A stretch of DNA of 64,000 nt from SAR86 cluster bacterium (GTDB lineage: Bacteria; Pseudomonadota; Gammaproteobacteria; Magnimaribacterales; TMED112), in assembly GCA_023703535.1 (NCBI GenBank), contig CP097967.1:412543-476542 (forward strand), read 5' to 3'. Positions 60,712 through 64,000 of this stretch are shown one piece after another (within the stretch, counting starts at the first letter, position 1; each line of letters starts with the position of its first letter). Below the pieces are notes generated by a model that did not search any database, was not told where the DNA came from, and was given only the letters and a program-made list of their open reading frames with translations. The position numbers were made by a program, and so were the translations under genes.

Positions 60712-61073
60712 TTTTTAGCGAGAAATTCTATTTCAATACATGCACCAAAAGCTAAATCAGCAACTCCAAATGCACTTCTTACTGGATAAGGTTTATCAAA
60801 ATTCTTTAGATAGGTTTTATTAAATTCAGGAAAGTCATCCATATTTTTAACCATGACAAGGCTTTTCACTATATTTGAAAAGTCTAGATTATAGTAATCG
60901 AGGTTTGCTTTTAGATTTTTAAAAATTTGCTCTGTTTCAGGCACTATTCCACCCTCAACTAAACCATTTTCGTCAAGCCCTAACATTCCAGAGAATTGAA
61001 TAAATTCGTTTAATTCAACTGCATCTGAGTAAGGAGTATTATTTTTTTCGGAATTCTCAGTTTTAAATTTCAT
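60708..61073 (-). CDS. RidA/YjgF/L-PSP family protein
   Basis: 121 aa with the C-terminal PVRSAFGVADLAFGACIEIE pattern of the YjgF family. Overlaps the gcvT start by 4 nt. Confidence 0.7.
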   Translation of the reverse strand: MKFKTENSEKNNTPYSDAVELNEFIQFSGMLGLDENGLVEGGIVPETEQIFKNLKANLDYYNLDFSNIVKSLVMVKNMDDFPEFNKTYLKNFDKPYPVRSAFGVADLAFGACIEIEFLAKK

Positions 61074-61159
61074 CTAACTAATCTATATTTATTGCACTCA
61101 AATATCTAGTCATTAAATAGCCTTGTGTATTTATAAAAGTAATGTAAAATTTCCAATTT

Positions 61160-61360
61160 ATGGCAGCTAACAAACAGCAAAAAGTATACTTAATACCTGA
61201 GGGTGAAACTAGAGATAGTCATACCTATCACTACACTGTAGTTAAAACAAAAAAATTTATTCAAGAAAACGAGAAGCTCAAGATCAAAAAATTTAATCCT
61301 GTTAAAAGAAAACATGAGTGGTTTGTTGAGGCAAAGCTTCCACCACATAGTAAAAACTAG
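61160..61360 (+). CDS. divergent ribosomal protein L33-like protein
   Basis: 66 aa and basic. The core K-V-x-L..(G)..Y-x-T-x-K-x-K..EKLKIKKFNPVKRKHEWFVEAKL aligns by eye with E. coli L33 (..[48 protein letters not shown]). It has a small insertion and an 8-aa C-terminal tail. Confidence 0.45.
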   Translation: MAANKQQKVYLIPEGETRDSHTYHYTVVKTKKFIQENEKLKIKKFNPVKRKHEWFVEAKLPPHSKN

Positions 61361-61391
61361 AAACTTCTTTCTATGACCTTATATAAAACCA

Positions 61392-61760
61392 ATGAACAAA
61401 TTATTTGAATATTTAGAAGACGTTATACTTGCTTCCATTGCAATTATGACACTTGGTGCCGTAGGTTTTGAATTGGCTGCAATTTATGAACGTGGCGTCA
61501 TTGAGTTAGCTGATTTACTTCTAATGTTCATTTATGCTGAGGTGTTTGGCATGGTTGCAATTTATTTTAGAAGCCACGTCTTACCAGTTATTTATCCATT
61601 ATTCATCGGCATAACTGCTCTTGCTCGATTAATCGTTCTCCAAGGTAAAGAATCAGAGCCTGAGCAATTAATCTTTGAAGCTGGTGCGATTCTGCTTTTA
61701 AGTGTTGCAGCACTAATGCTAAGAAACGTAAAAGTAAGTCTCTCAAACGGAAAAAAATAA
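61392..61760 (+). CDS. PsiE-family (phosphate-starvation-inducible E-like) membrane protein
   Basis: 122 aa with four hydrophobic segments. ..YAEVFGMVAIYFRS..P..YPLFIGITALARLIV..AGAILLL parallels E. coli PsiE (YFEFIALIVKYF..IGITAIVRLII..AAILLL). Confidence 0.55.
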   Translation: MNKLFEYLEDVILASIAIMTLGAVGFELAAIYERGVIELADLLLMFIYAEVFGMVAIYFRSHVLPVIYPLFIGITALARLIVLQGKESEPEQLIFEAGAILLLSVAALMLRNVKVSLSNGKK

Positions 61761-61788
61761 CTTAAAATATCCATAGGGAGTTTTCTTT

Positions 61789-63180
61789 ATGTTGCGTATT
61801 CTAGTTTTATTTTTATCTTTAAACCTTCTATCAGATGTAAACAAATTTATTGATGCATCAAGTAAAAAATATGACCAGTTAGCATTAGACCTTTGGGATT
61901 ATGCAGAAATGGGCTACCAAGAGGTGAAAAGCTCAAATGCACTTAAAAAAGTTTTAAAAGAGGAAGGATTTTCAATAAGGTCAAATATCGCTGGAATTCC
62001 AACTGCATTCATAGCTGAGTACAATAACGGTGGCCCGGTAATAGCAATTCTTGCAGAATATGATGCGTTGCCCGGACTTTCTCAGAATAATGTTCCTTAT
62101 CGTGAATCAGTTGGAGGAGCAGCTGGACATGCATGTGGTCATAATCTATTTGGTGCTGGTTCAGTTCATGCAGCTGTCGCAGTAAAAAGATGGCTGAGAG
62201 ATACAAATACTCTAGGCACAATAAGATTATATGGCACACCAGCTGAGGAAGGTGGAAGTGGAAAAGTCTATATTGCCAGAGAAGGAGAATTTAAAGACGT
62301 AGATACTGTTTTGCATTGGCATCCTGATACTCAAAATAGAGCCCATTTTAGTGCTAGCAATGGAAATAAATCAGCAAAATTTAAGTTTAAAGGTATTTCA
62401 TCACATGCAGCTGGAGCGCCACAAAATGGAAGATCAGCGTTAGATGGGGTTGAAGCGATGAATATGATGGTGAATATGCTTAGAGAACATATGGATGAGG
62501 AAGCAAGGATTCATTATGTAATCACTAAAGGGGGCTTAGCACCAAATGTAGTGCCTGAAGAAGCAGAAGTCTATTATTATGTGCGACATCCAAATGTTGA
62601 TGGAGTACGAGATCTTTTCAATAGAGTTGTAAAAGCTGCTGAAGGAGCCTCACAAGGTACTGAAACACAAATGACTTTCGAGGTAATGCATGGAAATTAT
62701 CCTTTAATGCCAAACAGAACACTTTCTGAAGTAGTAAATAATGAAATGCTTAAGCTGGGAGGCATTTCATATACAAAAGAGGAAGAAGAATTTGCTAAGA
62801 AAATCTACAAAACCTTAATTAATCCACGAGCAAAAATTGGTGATCAAGAAGAAATTAAACCTCTTGTTTTTCAACAGAGCAAGGGTTCAACAGATGTAGG
62901 TGATATATCGTGGTTAGTGCCTACTTCAGGAGCAAGAGTAGCCACATGGGTGCCTGGAACATCAGCTCACTCTTGGCAAGCAGTTTCTGCGGGAGGCATG
63001 TCCATTGGCACTAAAGGTACTAATTTAGCCGCAAAGGTTTTAGGGAATACCGCAGTAGCGCTGTTTAAGAATCCTAAAATTATAGATGAGGCCAAAAAAG
63101 AATTAATGATGAAAGTCGGAGACCATCAATATCAAGCTTTATTGGGAGATCGCAGCCCTCCATTAGATTATAGAAATTGA
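61789..63180 (+). CDS. M20-family amidohydrolase (AbgB/aminobenzoyl-glutamate hydrolase-like), exported
   Basis: 463 aa with a signal peptide, metal-ligand motif HACGHNLFG and the ..TPAEEGGSGK.. region. AGGGAG Shine-Dalgarno lies upstream. Confidence 0.72.
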   Translation: MLRILVLFLSLNLLSDVNKFIDASSKKYDQLALDLWDYAEMGYQEVKSSNALKKVLKEEGFSIRSNIAGIPTAFIAEYNNGGPVIAILAEYDALPGLSQNNVPYRESVGGAAGHACGHNLFGAGSVHAAVAVKRWLRDTNTLGTIRLYGTPAEEGGSGKVYIAREGEFKDVDTVLHWHPDTQNRAHFSASNGNKSAKFKFKGISSHAAGAPQNGRSALDGVEAMNMMVNMLREHMDEEARIHYVITKGGLAPNVVPEEAEVYYYVRHPNVDGVRDLFNRVVKAAEGASQGTETQMTFEVMHGNYPLMPNRTLSEVVNNEMLKLGGISYTKEEEEFAKKIYKTLINPRAKIGDQEEIKPLVFQQSKGSTDVGDISWLVPTSGARVATWVPGTSAHSWQAVSAGGMSIGTKGTNLAAKVLGNTAVALFKNPKIIDEAKKELMMKVGDHQYQALLGDRSPPLDYRN

Positions 63181-63623
63181 TTCAAAAAGGCCATTGCTCT
63201 TGTAAGCAAATAAACTACAGTTTCGATAATAAAAAGATAATTAATTCATTTCATTGTCATTGTGAAGATTGCCAAAGGTCTACAGGTGCAGGAAAAGCAT
63301 CAATTCTAGTTATTAAAAAAAGTAATTTTAATTTAAATGGTGAACCAAAATTTTATGGCACAAAAGGTTCGATGGGCTCAACAGTTAATAGAGGTTTTTG
63401 TTCAAATTGTGGTTCAGGGATATTTAGCTATTTGAAAGAGCTGCCTAACTTTCTTTTCTTAAAAGTTGGATCACTTGAAGACTCTAGTTGGGTTAAAATC
63501 GAATCCAACTATTTCACAAAGTCCTGCAATGAATGGAATATGCCAGATGAGCAGCTTAAGAGTTTCAAAGGAAATCCAAATTTATTAGAAAATATTAAAA
63601 CTTTAATTAAATCTTTAAACTAA
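63177..63623 (+). CDS. GFA (glutathione-dependent formaldehyde-activating / CENP-V-like) family protein
   Basis: 148 aa with Zn-cysteine pattern GHCSCKQ..CHCEDCQRSTGAG..CSNCGS. The TTG start overlaps the upstream stop. Confidence 0.7.
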   Translation: MIQKGHCSCKQINYSFDNKKIINSFHCHCEDCQRSTGAGKASILVIKKSNFNLNGEPKFYGTKGSMGSTVNRGFCSNCGSGIFSYLKELPNFLFLKVGSLEDSSWVKIESNYFTKSCNEWNMPDEQLKSFKGNPNLLENIKTLIKSLN

Positions 63624-64000
63624 TTTAAAAAAACAATATTTGCATTTAAGTAAGACGCAAAACTAATCCAAAGAACATAAGGAAGGTATAAGAAAAAGCT
63701 TACATATGAATTATTTGTCCATAACTTATGCAGAATAATTACATTCAAAATTATCAAAATAATAATATCGAAAAGAGCAAGAGTTAAGGCTTGGTGTGCA
63801 AAGAAAATCCAGCTCCATGCACCATTTAAAATCAGTTGAACAACGTAAACCTTATAGATTAATTTAGCTTGAAGAAAGCTCACTACAGCCATAAGAGTGT
63901 ATAGAATTGGCCAAACAATACCAAAAATATAATTTGGAGGTCTTAAACTTGATTGCTCTAAACTTTCGTACCATGACCAATCAGTAAAGCTATTTGATAA
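63620..64000 (-). CDS. tspO: TspO/MBR family tryptophan-rich sensory protein (N-terminus beyond the window end)
   Basis: The frame stays open upstream of the listed Met to nt 64000 (..WYESLEQSSLRPPNYIFGIVWPILYTLMAV..). LNGAWSWIFF is the TspO signature. Confidence 0.75.
   Translation of the reverse strand, partial: LSNSFTDWSWYESLEQSSLRPPNYIFGIVWPILYTLMAVVSFLQAKLIYKVYVVQLILNGAWSWIFFAHQALTLALFDIIILIILNVIILHKLWTNNSYVSFFLYLPYVLWISFASYLNANIVFLN

Noticed and set aside
61074-61159. Looked for a glycine riboswitch upstream of the RidA-like-gcvTHP operon, and likewise at 2091-2098 upstream of malate synthase, as in SAR11
   Set aside because: The 86-nt region is nearly all A/T, with none of the conserved GGAGAG / CACCG-type aptamer segments. 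The purB-aceB gap is only 8 nt.
1-64000. Scan for CRISPR arrays, rRNA, IS elements or transposases, toxin-antitoxin pairs, restriction-modification or other defence genes, and long direct or inverted repeats
   Set aside because: Nothing of the kind was recognisable by eye. Every sizeable ORF is accounted for by housekeeping or metabolic families or small orphans. The only repeat noted is the 2 x 42 nt duplication at 43597-43680. A computational repeat search could still reveal short dispersed repeats I cannot detect manually.

Overview
This window is a very gene-dense, AT-rich stretch of bacterial chromosome. By my manual tally of the ORF coordinates, only about 0.8 kb (roughly 1.3%) lies outside coding or tRNA sequence. 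I recognised no rRNA, CRISPR array, IS element, transposase, integrase or phage gene. The gene set (NfuA, Na+-NQR, LolCDE-type lipoprotein sorting, homodimeric-type AceE) and the extreme compaction suggest a streamlined, low-GC marine gammaproteobacterium; this is inference only.

Gene content, in order:
- mnmA-purB welded to the glyoxylate shunt (aceB-aceA), followed by an FG-GAP/VCBS lipoprotein.
- An 11-gene minus-strand string: two acyl-CoA dehydrogenases, a long-form GAPDH, nqrABCDEF, apbE and nqrM. The nqrM ORF (52 aa) is absent from the supplied ORF track.
- nfuA, etfBA and ETF-ubiquinone oxidoreductase.
- An exported DUF885 protein and an S1/P1 nuclease.
- A 12-kb minus-strand string mixing trpS, hemH, an aldehyde dehydrogenase, lolC/E-lolD, a fused msbA-lpxK gene, kdsB and murB.
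- A flavin monooxygenase / histidine phosphatase / DUF3445 cluster.
- A Na:alanine symporter with a CIA30-like protein.
- An S9 peptidase with aceE-aceF.
- ppsA.
- tRNA-Ser(UGA).
- RidA-like-gcvTHP.
- An L33-like mini-protein, a PsiE-like protein, an M20 amidohydrolase, a GFA protein and a partial TspO.

I did not find a clear-cut new multi-gene system such as a defence island. The points most worth a second look are:
- the MsbA-LpxK fusion;
- the divergent FMO-phosphatase/DUF3445 module;
- an EtfA that lacks its conserved C-terminal tail, where a small membrane ORF overlaps it antisense;
- an orphan, divergent L33-like gene;
- the paired acyl-CoA dehydrogenases;
- the complete absence of intergenic space at all ten convergent gene junctions.

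All functional calls rest on motifs I recognised by eye. No database search was run.
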